From assembly GCA_040880385.1 (NCBI GenBank), contig JBBDIN010000048.1, forward strand, positions 1-41,614: a stretch of DNA of 41,614 nucleotides, given 5' to 3'. The translations under genes and the position numbers were made by a program. The notes below the pieces were generated by a model. It was not told where the DNA came from and made no database searches. It saw only the letters and a list, made by a program, of their open reading frames with translations. Shown piece after piece: positions 26,519 to 35,165 of the stretch. Origin of the DNA: Thermodesulfobacteriota bacterium. GTDB lineage: Bacteria; Desulfobacterota_D; UBA1144; Nemesobacterales; UBA2774. The first letter of the stretch is position 1. Each line of letters starts with the position of its first letter.

Positions 26519-26652
26519 CTGTTTGTTCTTTACATTAATAAACCGTTTTTATCGTCATATATTATATTTCAGTCGCTTTAGGGTTGATAAGTTAGTCAAA
26601 TTACATCGATACTACGCCCCCATATCTAAGAGGAGCCTAAATTTCTTACAAA

Positions 26653-27411
26653 ATGAGAGTTTGCACTTTAGCCAGCGGGAGTTCAGGGAACTCACTATAT
26701 ATAGAGACTGAGAGTACAAAGGTATTGATTGATGCCGGTATTAGTATGAAGCAAATTAAACTCAGGCTTGAGACTATAGGTGTTGAACTATCAGATATAG
26801 ACGCTGTAATTACCACACATGAACACTCAGACCACACACACGCTATTAAGAGATTAAATATTCCGACTTACGTAGCCTCAGCTACGACACATCTCTGGAA
26901 AGACACAGTCAATCAGCTTGAGGAATTTGAGAGTGATACAGCTTTTGCTATTAAAGACTTATTGGTGACCCCTTTTTCTGTCCCACATGACGCTCTGGAT
27001 CCGGTGGGTTTTTCTATTGAATGCTCTAATAATATTAAAATTGGAATAGTGACAGATATAGGCTCAGTTACCACATTGGTAAAAGAAAGACTCAAGAATT
27101 CAGACATTTTATTAATTGAGTTTAATCACGATAGTGACATACTTCTTTATAGTCATTATCCCTGGGATTTGAAACAAAGAATTAAAGGACGTCTCGGCCA
27201 TTTATCCAATACCCAGGCTGCTGAACTGTTAAATGAATTGTTCCATGAAGGTTTGAAACATGTGATTTTGGGGCATTTGAGTCAGGTTAATAATAGACCT
27301 GAGCTTGCTTTTCAGTCTGCCTCAAAAATAGTGAAAAAAAATGGTGCGGAATCCGAGGTCAGTGTTTCAGTCGCGCCCAGAAAAACCGTAGGGGAGGTAC
27401 TGCAAATTTGA
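26653..27411 (+). CDS. MBL-fold metallo-hydrolase (YycJ-like)
   Basis: MRVCTLASGSSGNSLYIE start and TTHEHSDHTHA (HxHxDH). Confidence 0.9.
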   Translation: MRVCTLASGSSGNSLYIETESTKVLIDAGISMKQIKLRLETIGVELSDIDAVITTHEHSDHTHAIKRLNIPTYVASATTHLWKDTVNQLEEFESDTAFAIKDLLVTPFSVPHDALDPVGFSIECSNNIKIGIVTDIGSVTTLVKERLKNSDILLIEFNHDSDILLYSHYPWDLKQRIKGRLGHLSNTQAAELLNELFHEGLKHVILGHLSQVNNRPELAFQSASKIVKKNGAESEVSVSVAPRKTVGEVLQI

Positions 27412-28700
27412 TTACAAGATACTCAAGACCCGAGATGTCTTCTATATGGTCTGATGAATCCAAATATAAGAACTGGCTCCGTGTAGAGATAGCAGTGTGT
27501 GAAGCATGGGCGGAAAATGGAAGAATACCCAAAGAAGCTGTTGAAGAAATTAAAGCTCGCGCAGGGTTTGATGTGGATAGGATTGATGAGCTTGAAAAAG
27601 AGGTAAAGCATGATGTTATTGCCTTTCTTACTTCAGTATCAGAGCATGTAGGGGAGAATTCCAGGTTTATACACTTGGGACTTACTTCTTCGGATGTCTT
27701 AGATACGGCTTTAGCGCTTCAGCTAAAAGATGCGGCGGAATTGATCATTAAAGACTTAGTCTCTGTTTTGGATGTACTAAAAAGACGCGCATATGAACAT
27801 AAAGATACGGTTATGATTGGAAGAACGCACGGAATTCATGCTGAGCCTAAGACCTTAGGGCTTGTTTTTGCATTATGGTATGACGAGATGAAGAGAAATT
27901 TAGAACGTATGCATAGGGCAAAAGATGTAATTAGTGTGGGTAAAATTTCTGGCGCTGTAGGCACTTTTGCCAATGTTCCACCTCACGTTGAAGAATTTGC
28001 ATGTGAGAGATTGGGACTTAAAGCTGCTCCTATATCTACACAAATTGTTCAGCGCGATATTCATGCGGATTATTTCCTCACTCTTTCTATAGTAGCATCT
28101 ACGATTGAAAAAATTGCATTAGAGGTAAGACATTTCCAAAGAACAGAGGTGCTTGAATTAGAAGAGCCTTTTGGAAAAGGACAAAAAGGTTCTTCAGCTA
28201 TGCCTCACAAGAGAAACCCGATAATTTCAGAGAACCTATGCGGACTTTCAAGACTTGTCCGCTCTTATGCCATTTCAGCATTGGAAAACATCCCTCTTTG
28301 GCACGAGCGTGATATTAGTCACTCCTCCGTAGAAAGGGTTATAGGCCCTGACGGAACCATACTCCTTGATTACATGCTCGACAGGGTGCATTACCTCTTG
28401 GACGGTCTTCAGGTATATCCACAGAACATGGAAAAGAACATTTGGTTAACACGCGGGCTTGTCTTTTCACAGAAAGTCTTGTTAAAACTTATAGACAAGG
28501 GATTCTCTCGTGAAGATGCATATAAAATAGTACAGGATAACGCAATGGAAACTTGGAAAGGGACTCATGATTTCAAAGATCTACTCCTTAAAGATGAAAG
28601 CATAAAAAACTCATTAACCCCCCAAGAAATAGAGGAATGTTTTGATGTTAAGGCTGATCTCAAAAATATCGACGCCATATTTGAGAGGGTTTTTAATTAG
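27408..28700 (+). CDS. purB: Adenylosuccinate lyase
   Basis: MITRYSRPEMSSIWSDESKY N-terminus and fumarate-lyase signature GSSAMPHKRNP. 430 aa. TTG start overlaps the upstream stop. Confidence 0.95.
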   Translation: MITRYSRPEMSSIWSDESKYKNWLRVEIAVCEAWAENGRIPKEAVEEIKARAGFDVDRIDELEKEVKHDVIAFLTSVSEHVGENSRFIHLGLTSSDVLDTALALQLKDAAELIIKDLVSVLDVLKRRAYEHKDTVMIGRTHGIHAEPKTLGLVFALWYDEMKRNLERMHRAKDVISVGKISGAVGTFANVPPHVEEFACERLGLKAAPISTQIVQRDIHADYFLTLSIVASTIEKIALEVRHFQRTEVLELEEPFGKGQKGSSAMPHKRNPIISENLCGLSRLVRSYAISALENIPLWHERDISHSSVERVIGPDGTILLDYMLDRVHYLLDGLQVYPQNMEKNIWLTRGLVFSQKVLLKLIDKGFSREDAYKIVQDNAMETWKGTHDFKDLLLKDESIKNSLTPQEIEECFDVKADLKNIDAIFERVFN

Positions 28701-28826
28701 CCGAAATTCAACAAATTTCGTTTAATTTCATGTAGTTGTATCATCCCTTATTTTTGTTGCTTTCTAAACATTCAGTGGTATAGTTTTAGCTAATCAAAAC
28801 AGCTTTTAGAAAACAGGAGGCAAGTA

Positions 28827-30092
28827 ATGAGAGTTAAATTTTTAGGAGCGGCAATACTAGCGCTATGCTTTTTCGTGGTTGGAAGTACTTCTTTTGCAGA
28901 AAAAATGTCAACGGATGAGGCTGCTAGGTTGCAGTCCTTCTTTATGAACAGATTTGGGACTACAGTTCCACCGGGAGCGGAAGTTACCGTAACCGGGTTT
29001 GAAGCGAGTCCGATAAAAGGATTTAAAGAAGGTGTTTTTTCACTTATCACTGATCGTGGAGATCAAGAACTCCCATTTATTATCAGTGACGACGGGAAAT
29101 ATGTTTTAATAGGCAAACCCACGAGTACAGAGGGCTTTGAGGCAACAGGGGTAAAGGGACTAAAACAAGGGAGTATCCCATACGGTCCTAATAGTGTTCC
29201 AGTTCTCGTAAGCGAAGACGGTCAGTCTTTAATGATAGGCGCAACTCTTGTGAGCACAAAGGATTTTAAAGAGTCAGGCTTTGCCGGGTTTAAAAAAGGT
29301 ACAATCCAGGCAGGTAGAAATCAGGTTCCTCTGTTTATAATGGGCGATGCTCAATATGTAATTTTGGGGACAGATATTATAAACACCAAAGATTTTAAAG
29401 ATACAGGGGTTGCTGGTCTGAAAAAGGGCTCAATAGGTGGCGGAAATCAGCAAGTACCTCTTTTTGTTAGCACAGACGGTAAATATATGATTTTAGGCAC
29501 ACCGGGACTCGGAGCAGATATACTGGACTCAACAATTGATCCTCACAAAGAAACTATGGAGAAAATATCTCTTGCTAACACTCCAACGAAAGGGACTAAA
29601 GACGCTCAGGTTACAGTAGTTGAATATTCTGATTTTCAGTGCCCATTTTGTCAAAAAGGAAAAGAGATGCTTCCTCAGATCTTAAAGGATTATGATGGTA
29701 AAGTTTCAATTTCTTATAAGCAGTACCCACTGCCAAACCATAATTGGGCTATGAAAGCTTCCATTGCTTCCCTTTGCGCTTATGAACAGGGAAATGATAA
29801 GTTCTGGGCTTTCCATGACAAGGTGTTTGATAATCAGAAGAAAATTACCTTAGAAGATGCTGATGCTACTTTTAACGGATATGCTAAAGAACTAGGATTA
29901 AACTTGAAAGAATTCGATAAATGTGTAGCGTCGGATGAAACTGCAGCAAAAGTAAAAGCTGATATGGCTGAAGCACAGGCAATCGGTGTTAACTCCACTC
30001 CTACTTTTGTAATAAATGGAATGAAAGTTCCTGGAGCTAACCCTCAGGGCGTCAAATCAGCAATCGATCTTAAATTGTCTGAAGGTTCATAA
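28827..30092 (+). CDS. Secreted DsbA-family thiol:disulfide oxidoreductase with a four-repeat N-terminal region
   Basis: Signal peptide present. Four ~32 aa repeats follow the pattern GFKEG/GLKQG/GFKKG/GLKKG ... VP.F.S.DG.Y...G. The C-terminal thioredoxin domain has YSDFQCPFCQKG. Confidence 0.85.
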   Translation: MRVKFLGAAILALCFFVVGSTSFAEKMSTDEAARLQSFFMNRFGTTVPPGAEVTVTGFEASPIKGFKEGVFSLITDRGDQELPFIISDDGKYVLIGKPTSTEGFEATGVKGLKQGSIPYGPNSVPVLVSEDGQSLMIGATLVSTKDFKESGFAGFKKGTIQAGRNQVPLFIMGDAQYVILGTDIINTKDFKDTGVAGLKKGSIGGGNQQVPLFVSTDGKYMILGTPGLGADILDSTIDPHKETMEKISLANTPTKGTKDAQVTVVEYSDFQCPFCQKGKEMLPQILKDYDGKVSISYKQYPLPNHNWAMKASIASLCAYEQGNDKFWAFHDKVFDNQKKITLEDADATFNGYAKELGLNLKEFDKCVASDETAAKVKADMAEAQAIGVNSTPTFVINGMKVPGANPQGVKSAIDLKLSEGS

Positions 30093-30115
30093 ATAATTCA
30101 AATTAGAAAAATTTG

Positions 30116-30164
30116 CTGCACCTGCTCGTAAGCGATAAAAGTTTATGTTCAGGTGCAGTTTTTT
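30116..30164 (+). terminator. Intrinsic terminator
   Basis: Perfect 9-bp stem CTGCACCTG (30116-30124) / CAGGTGCAG (30150-30158), followed by TTTTTT. Confidence 0.75.
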
Positions 30165-30281
30165 ATGTTTATTAGATTCTCTTTCCTTTGTTTAACTTGC
30201 TGTTAATTCGAATTATAAAGTAACATACTACTTAGGAACCAAAGATATAATATTGATACAGTCTCAAAATAATAAGCATCT

Positions 30282-30833
30282 TTGGCAGTAATTAGAGCAT
30301 CAAATAAAATATCGAATAAAGATATAGATAATGCTGATCTTTTTGAAAATTCCACAAATGAGATATCTCAATCTAATATGAGAACTGACAATTACGAAGA
30401 AGAGTTTCTATCCTTTAACCTTGCGGGTTTAAACTCAAGAGCTTTAGCATTTTTAATAGACCTGGTTATAATCGCAATTATCTCTTTACTTGCATTTGGC
30501 GCAGCTATTTATTTATTGCAAGACACGAACCTAGATGCATTTGGATTAAAGCGAGTTTCCATGCCGATATATCTGCTTCTATTTTTTCTGGCATCCTCCT
30601 ATTTTGTTATTCTTAATGGCTATGGGGGAAAAACTGTTGGTAAGATGTTAATGGGAATTAGAATAATTTCTGAGGAAGGCGGTTCAATTGGATTTTGGCA
30701 GTCGTTTGTAAGGTGGATTGGCTATTACATTTCAGGATCTTTCTTATTTCTTGGTTTTGTCTGGTCTATTTTTGATAAAAGCTCTCAATCTTGGCATGAT
30801 AAAATTGCTGGGACTTATGTTGTAAAGGAATAA
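30282..30833 (+). CDS. RDD-family membrane protein
   Basis: SRALAFLIDLVIIAII..., GKTVGKMLMGIRII... and QSWHDKIAGTYVV are typical RDD-domain elements. The start is uncertain (TTG at 30282 or ATG at 30378). Confidence 0.75.
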   Translation: MAVIRASNKISNKDIDNADLFENSTNEISQSNMRTDNYEEEFLSFNLAGLNSRALAFLIDLVIIAIISLLAFGAAIYLLQDTNLDAFGLKRVSMPIYLLLFFLASSYFVILNGYGGKTVGKMLMGIRIISEEGGSIGFWQSFVRWIGYYISGSFLFLGFVWSIFDKSSQSWHDKIAGTYVVKE

Positions 30834-30855
30834 GATCTCGAAAGGAAAGATATAT

Positions 30856-32118
30856 ATGAATCATCTTCAAGATTTAAATAGTAAAATAACAAAAAATAAA
30901 GCCAAACTGGATTTGTGGATTAAAGACCAAATTAACAAAGTCTTTATTCCTCTTTATACCTCAGTTGATTTAAGAATCTCCGAGCATAAAATTGTGCCGG
31001 TTGATACTAACGTTTTTCCTGCTGGCTTTAACAATCTATCTGATACATTTAGAAACAGGGCATCTTCACTGTTTAAAGATTACTTTGACAGAGAATATCC
31101 GAAAATGAATAGCATTCTTCTTATCCCTGAGCTTCATACAAGAAATACTTTTTACTGGGAGAATATTTCGGTACTCAAATCAATACTTGAAGATGTTGGC
31201 TATAGGGTGGAAGTGGGAATAATTAGTGACGATGAGCTCCCGGAAGAGATGGAATTTGAAGCAGCTTCTGGAAACAAAGTAAAAGCTTATAGAGCGTTAA
31301 AAGATAATAATAGAGTTACTATTGCTAATTTAAACCCTGATCTCTTGCTCATAAACAACGACTTTTCCGAGCAATGCCCTAAGACTCTAAGAGATATAAC
31401 GCAGCCTGTAGAGCCTCCTGTGGAAATTGGATGGCATACGAGGAAAAAAAGTATACATTTTGAATTTTATAATAAGCTTGCAAAAGAAGTAGCTCAGATT
31501 CTTGAAATCGATCCTTGGGTGATCTCAATTGATACAATAGATGATTATGGCGTTGATTTTGATAGTAGAGAAGATAGAGAAAAAATAGCCAAGGTTGCTG
31601 ATTCGATGATTAATAGGTTAAAGATACAATATGAGGAAAGAGGAATATCGGAAGAACCGTATTTATTTATTAAGAGTAATTCCGGCACCTATGGAATGGC
31701 TGTAGTAAATGTGTCAAGTGGTGATGATGTAAGAGCTCTAAATTCTGATAAAAGAAAACGTATGAGGGTTAGCAAAGGGGGTAGTCCCGTTAGAGATGTG
31801 GTGCTTCAAGAGGGTATTCCCACATCACTTAAGTACGAATCAGACATTTCTGCCGAGCCGGTATTTTATCTGATTGATACCCAGGTTGCCGGAGGATTTC
31901 TGAGGCTGAATAAGAGCCGAAACACTTTAGAAAATCTAAACTCAAGAGGTATGGAATTTGCCCATATTGATCCATGCGATGAAGCTACACACGTAGAAGA
32001 AGTAGAAACCCTCTGCTCCCCAGCGCTCGAACTAGTTTCCCGAATTGCAACAATAGCCGCGGGATACGAAATAGAAAAGATTCTTGATGAAGGTGGATGT
32101 GTAGAAGAAGTTGCTTAA
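30856..32118 (+). CDS. Glutamate--cysteine ligase of the atypical GshA family (T. ferrooxidans type), tentative
   Basis: ~420 aa. VPVDTNVFPAGFNNL near the N-terminus and the overall layout match my memory of this family. Not verified by search. Confidence 0.55.
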   Translation: MNHLQDLNSKITKNKAKLDLWIKDQINKVFIPLYTSVDLRISEHKIVPVDTNVFPAGFNNLSDTFRNRASSLFKDYFDREYPKMNSILLIPELHTRNTFYWENISVLKSILEDVGYRVEVGIISDDELPEEMEFEAASGNKVKAYRALKDNNRVTIANLNPDLLLINNDFSEQCPKTLRDITQPVEPPVEIGWHTRKKSIHFEFYNKLAKEVAQILEIDPWVISIDTIDDYGVDFDSREDREKIAKVADSMINRLKIQYEERGISEEPYLFIKSNSGTYGMAVVNVSSGDDVRALNSDKRKRMRVSKGGSPVRDVVLQEGIPTSLKYESDISAEPVFYLIDTQVAGGFLRLNKSRNTLENLNSRGMEFAHIDPCDEATHVEEVETLCSPALELVSRIATIAAGYEIEKILDEGGCVEEVA

Positions 32119-32158
32119 GTTAATCTAGTTCCATATATGAAATGCATATAGATCTCCC

Positions 32159-33550
32159 TTATTTCTCAGGCATAAGCATACTGCCTGTTCTCTTAGCCAT
32201 ATCTATAGTCCTTTTTAGAAGCACGGTATAAATAGGCTGTCCGCCTAGGCCCTGAGCTACGATTGTTGCCGTGAAACAGGTAAGAATTAACGGCAGTATC
32301 ATCAGATAGTTCCCTGTCATCTCAATTGTTAACGCAATCCCGGTCAGTGGCGCTCTCACAGTTGCGCAGAAAAGCGCTGCCATACCGGCAACAGCAAATA
32401 CTTCAGGTTGAACTACTAAATCAGGCAGCAAGAAATGCGCAAAATGTCCAAACCACATTCCGAATAATGTTCCCAATGCCAGCATAGGGGCAAAAATGCC
32501 TCCTATAGCTCCTGAACCATAACTAACCATGGTTGTTCCAAACCTTACTGCAAACAGTAACAGCATAATCATGACTGGTATAGAACCACTAAGAGCTTTT
32601 GGTATTACTACATAACCACCACCTACAGCGTCTGGGAAAAGCCATACAAGAGCACCTATCAACCCACCCACTATAAGTCCTGTCAAAGTAAAGGACCATC
32701 CGGTTAAATTAGAAAAGAAATTTAAAGTCCAAACTAGTAAGCGATTAAATACATAGCCGAAAAGTCCGAAAACGCCTCCAAATACAAGAAATAAAAATAA
32801 TGAGGACAGCGGAGGTGTAGACAACATATTCATTGGTATAGCAAGTTCTTGCCCAACCATAAGTCTTAGTACTATATCAGCGGATGCTGAAGCAATTATT
32901 ACAGCCTGAACCGTTAAAAAGTTGTACTTGAACTCTGGGCGCATCTCTTCCATAACAAAAAGTATTCCGGCAAGTGGGGCATTAAAAGCAGCGGAAAGAC
33001 CTCCACCGGCGCCTGCAGCTATTAGAGCATGAGCATCGATTTTACTAACCTTAAATATATCGGCAATCATCTTTCCTATGTTTCCGCCGATCTGAATTGT
33101 CGGGCCCTCACGTCCCATTACCATTCCGCTTCCAAGAGACAGTAAGCCGCCGAAAAACTTAATAGGAATAACCCTTCTCCATCTAAGAGGTCTTATCTCT
33201 TCCAAACCGCCCTCAATTTCCTGCACACCACTGCCACCTGTTTCGGGGGCGAGTTTTCTAACCAATAAAAAAGCGATAAAGACCATTACACCTGAAAGAA
33301 CTATCGAGCCGATTAGCGGCAATCCTGGTGTTACCTCCAGGAACTTGAAGAACATATCTTTTGCTGTAGCTATTTGAGCTAAAGCGATTTGAAAAAGTGC
33401 ACCCACGCATCCAGTTAATGATCCAACGACCAGAGCCCATAGCAAAACAATTGAACTTCCCTTTTCAGTTGTCGAAAGTTTGGATAATACTTTGTTCAAA
33501 CCACCATGATGAGAGGCGTTATTAGAATCCGGATTCATCCTACTCTCCAA
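32159..33550 (-). CDS. clcA: ClC-family H+/Cl- exchange transporter
   Basis: ClC motifs GGSGVQE, GREGPTIQIG and GGIFAP. Polytopic membrane protein of 463 aa. Confidence 0.9.
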   Translation of the reverse strand: MESRMNPDSNNASHHGGLNKVLSKLSTTEKGSSIVLLWALVVGSLTGCVGALFQIALAQIATAKDMFFKFLEVTPGLPLIGSIVLSGVMVFIAFLLVRKLAPETGGSGVQEIEGGLEEIRPLRWRRVIPIKFFGGLLSLGSGMVMGREGPTIQIGGNIGKMIADIFKVSKIDAHALIAAGAGGGLSAAFNAPLAGILFVMEEMRPEFKYNFLTVQAVIIASASADIVLRLMVGQELAIPMNMLSTPPLSSLFLFLVFGGVFGLFGYVFNRLLVWTLNFFSNLTGWSFTLTGLIVGGLIGALVWLFPDAVGGGYVVIPKALSGSIPVMIMLLLFAVRFGTTMVSYGSGAIGGIFAPMLALGTLFGMWFGHFAHFLLPDLVVQPEVFAVAGMAALFCATVRAPLTGIALTIEMTGNYLMILPLILTCFTATIVAQGLGGQPIYTVLLKRTIDMAKRTGSMLMPEK

Positions 33551-33677
33551 TAATTTATGAGGATAAGAGGTCGATAATCATTATCTAAGACATGTGTTCT
33601 ATACAAGTTCGCCATTAAAGATAATTATCATTACAAATTTCTTTATGTGCAAGGGGAAATTATATTAAGAACAATAT

Positions 33678-34637
33678 TTATAGTTTTGATCTGTTATGAG
33701 GAGTTGAAAGATCAAGTTCAGGCCCGGAGGGGACTATACCTGTCGGATTTATAGTCTTATGACTCTTAAAGTAGTGTTCTTTTATATGTTTGAAGTTTAC
33801 TGTTTCTTGAACACCGGGGTATTGATAAAGCTCTCTAAGATAGTTGGATATGTGTGGGTATTCTTCAATCCTACGAAGGTTGCACTTAAAATGAGTGTAA
33901 TAGACCGAGTCAAACCTGAGAAGTGTCGTGAATAAGCGCCAATCAGTTAGTGTTAATTTATCTCCGACAAGATATCGTTTCTTGCTGAGTATATTCTCAA
34001 TTTGATCCAGAGTGCTAAACAAATTATTAAAGGCTTGTTCGTAGGCTTGCTGTGTTGTAGCAAACCCACATTTATATACACCGTTATTTATGTTGCGATA
34101 TACAACTTCATTAATTTGATCAATTTCATCCCGTAATTCAGGTGGATAAAAGTCCTGTGTCGAATTTCCTAATTCATCAAATTCGGAGTTAAGCATAAGA
34201 ATAATTTCTGATGATTCGTTATTAACAATTGTTTTCTTTTCTTTATCCCAAAGAACCGGAACCGTAACCCGCCCAGTGTAGTCTGGTTTAGCCGTTGTAT
34301 AGATTTGGTGGAGATACTGAGAACCATTTAAGGAATCAGATATTGAACCCGGATAATCTGAGAACTCCCATCCGTTTTCTTCCATCAAAGGATCAACAAT
34401 AGAAAGTGAAATCACCCCCTCCAGGTTCTTTAACTTTCTCAAGATCAGAGTGCGGTGAGCCCAGGGGCAAGCCAATGAGACATATAGATGATATCGGTTG
34501 GGTTCTGCTTTAAAGCCGGATGATCCGTCGGCGGTAACCCACTCTCTAAACTGGCTTTCCCGCCTTACAAAGCGCCCGCCAGTTGATTTGGTGTCGTACC
34601 ACTTGTCCTGCCATTTACCTTCTACAAGCAATCCCAT
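33678..34637 (-). CDS. yqjG: Xi-class glutathione transferase / glutathionyl-hydroquinone reductase
   Basis: Start MGLLVEGKWQDKWYDTKSTGGRFVR and the catalytic CPWAHR motif. 319 aa. Confidence 0.85.
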   Translation of the reverse strand: MGLLVEGKWQDKWYDTKSTGGRFVRRESQFREWVTADGSSGFKAEPNRYHLYVSLACPWAHRTLILRKLKNLEGVISLSIVDPLMEENGWEFSDYPGSISDSLNGSQYLHQIYTTAKPDYTGRVTVPVLWDKEKKTIVNNESSEIILMLNSEFDELGNSTQDFYPPELRDEIDQINEVVYRNINNGVYKCGFATTQQAYEQAFNNLFSTLDQIENILSKKRYLVGDKLTLTDWRLFTTLLRFDSVYYTHFKCNLRRIEEYPHISNYLRELYQYPGVQETVNFKHIKEHYFKSHKTINPTGIVPSGPELDLSTPHNRSKL

Positions 34638-34648
34638 AAATTATAGAC

Positions 34649-35077
34649 CTACCAGGCCGTAATATCTTTGTAAGCTATTATTTTTGTCGGTTTTATAGTC
34701 ACAAGGAGCTCCCCTTTGACTGCATTTCGTTTTCCAAATGCTTCAGCCTCATGTTCTCCCATGTATCTTCCCCCTATACGAGTTGCTCAGAATAGTAGTT
34801 TTTCAGGATCTTCTGAGAATGTAACAGTTCCCTCTATTGTTACAAAAGAATAAGGTGGGGCTTGATCGTCAATGCTCAGGCTTACTCTTGGATCACGGCT
34901 CATATTTTTAGCTTTGACTGAGGCCTCCCCTGTCGTAAAAACTAAATTGTCTCCATCAAGGGTATACCATATTGGTACGACATGCGGGCGCCCGTCGTCT
35001 CTAACAGTAGCAAGCTTTCCGGTTTTTGTGCCCTGGAGCAGAAACTCCTTATATTCCTCTTTAGTCATTTTAGACAT
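34649..35077 (-). pseudogene. Pyridoxamine 5'-phosphate oxidase (PPOX) family gene interrupted by one in-frame TGA
   Basis: GAGGAG RBS before the ATG at 35077. GKLATVRDDGRPHVVPIWYTLDGDNLVFTT is PPOX-like. TGA is at 34787-34789. The same frame continues ATRIGGRYMGEHEAEAFGKRNAVKGELLVTIKPTKIIAYKDITAW to the TAG at 34649-34651. Confidence 0.75.
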
Positions 35078-35165
35078 GAATAGATCTCCTCTGTATTTTA
35101 TATGCACCTAAAACACCGAAGGATTCTGCTTAACTTGTTTTTGTGACTTGACTAGACTAGATTAT

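Larger units (their letters stand above)
441..26545. mobile_element. Candidate ~26 kb recombinase-associated island (mobile or invertible) delimited by inverted repeats
   Basis: Inverted repeat pair 461-547 / 26432-26518, with weaker similarity out to ~441 / ~26545. A serine recombinase lies at the left end and a Rep-like/DUF3102 module at the right end. A decayed second recombinase and mosaic base composition (by eye) lie inside. Housekeeping genes start immediately to the right. Confidence 0.35.

Noticed and set aside
34787-34789. The in-frame TGA as evidence for genetic code 4/25 (TGA as sense) or for selenocysteine
   Set aside because: TGA ends the DUF1328 ORF at the normal family length (9691-9693), and it also terminates the histidine kinase ORF (20977-20979) and the Q-rich protein ORF (5911-5913). 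I saw no SECIS-like hairpin immediately 3' of the TGA. From memory the aligned family position is Trp, not Cys.
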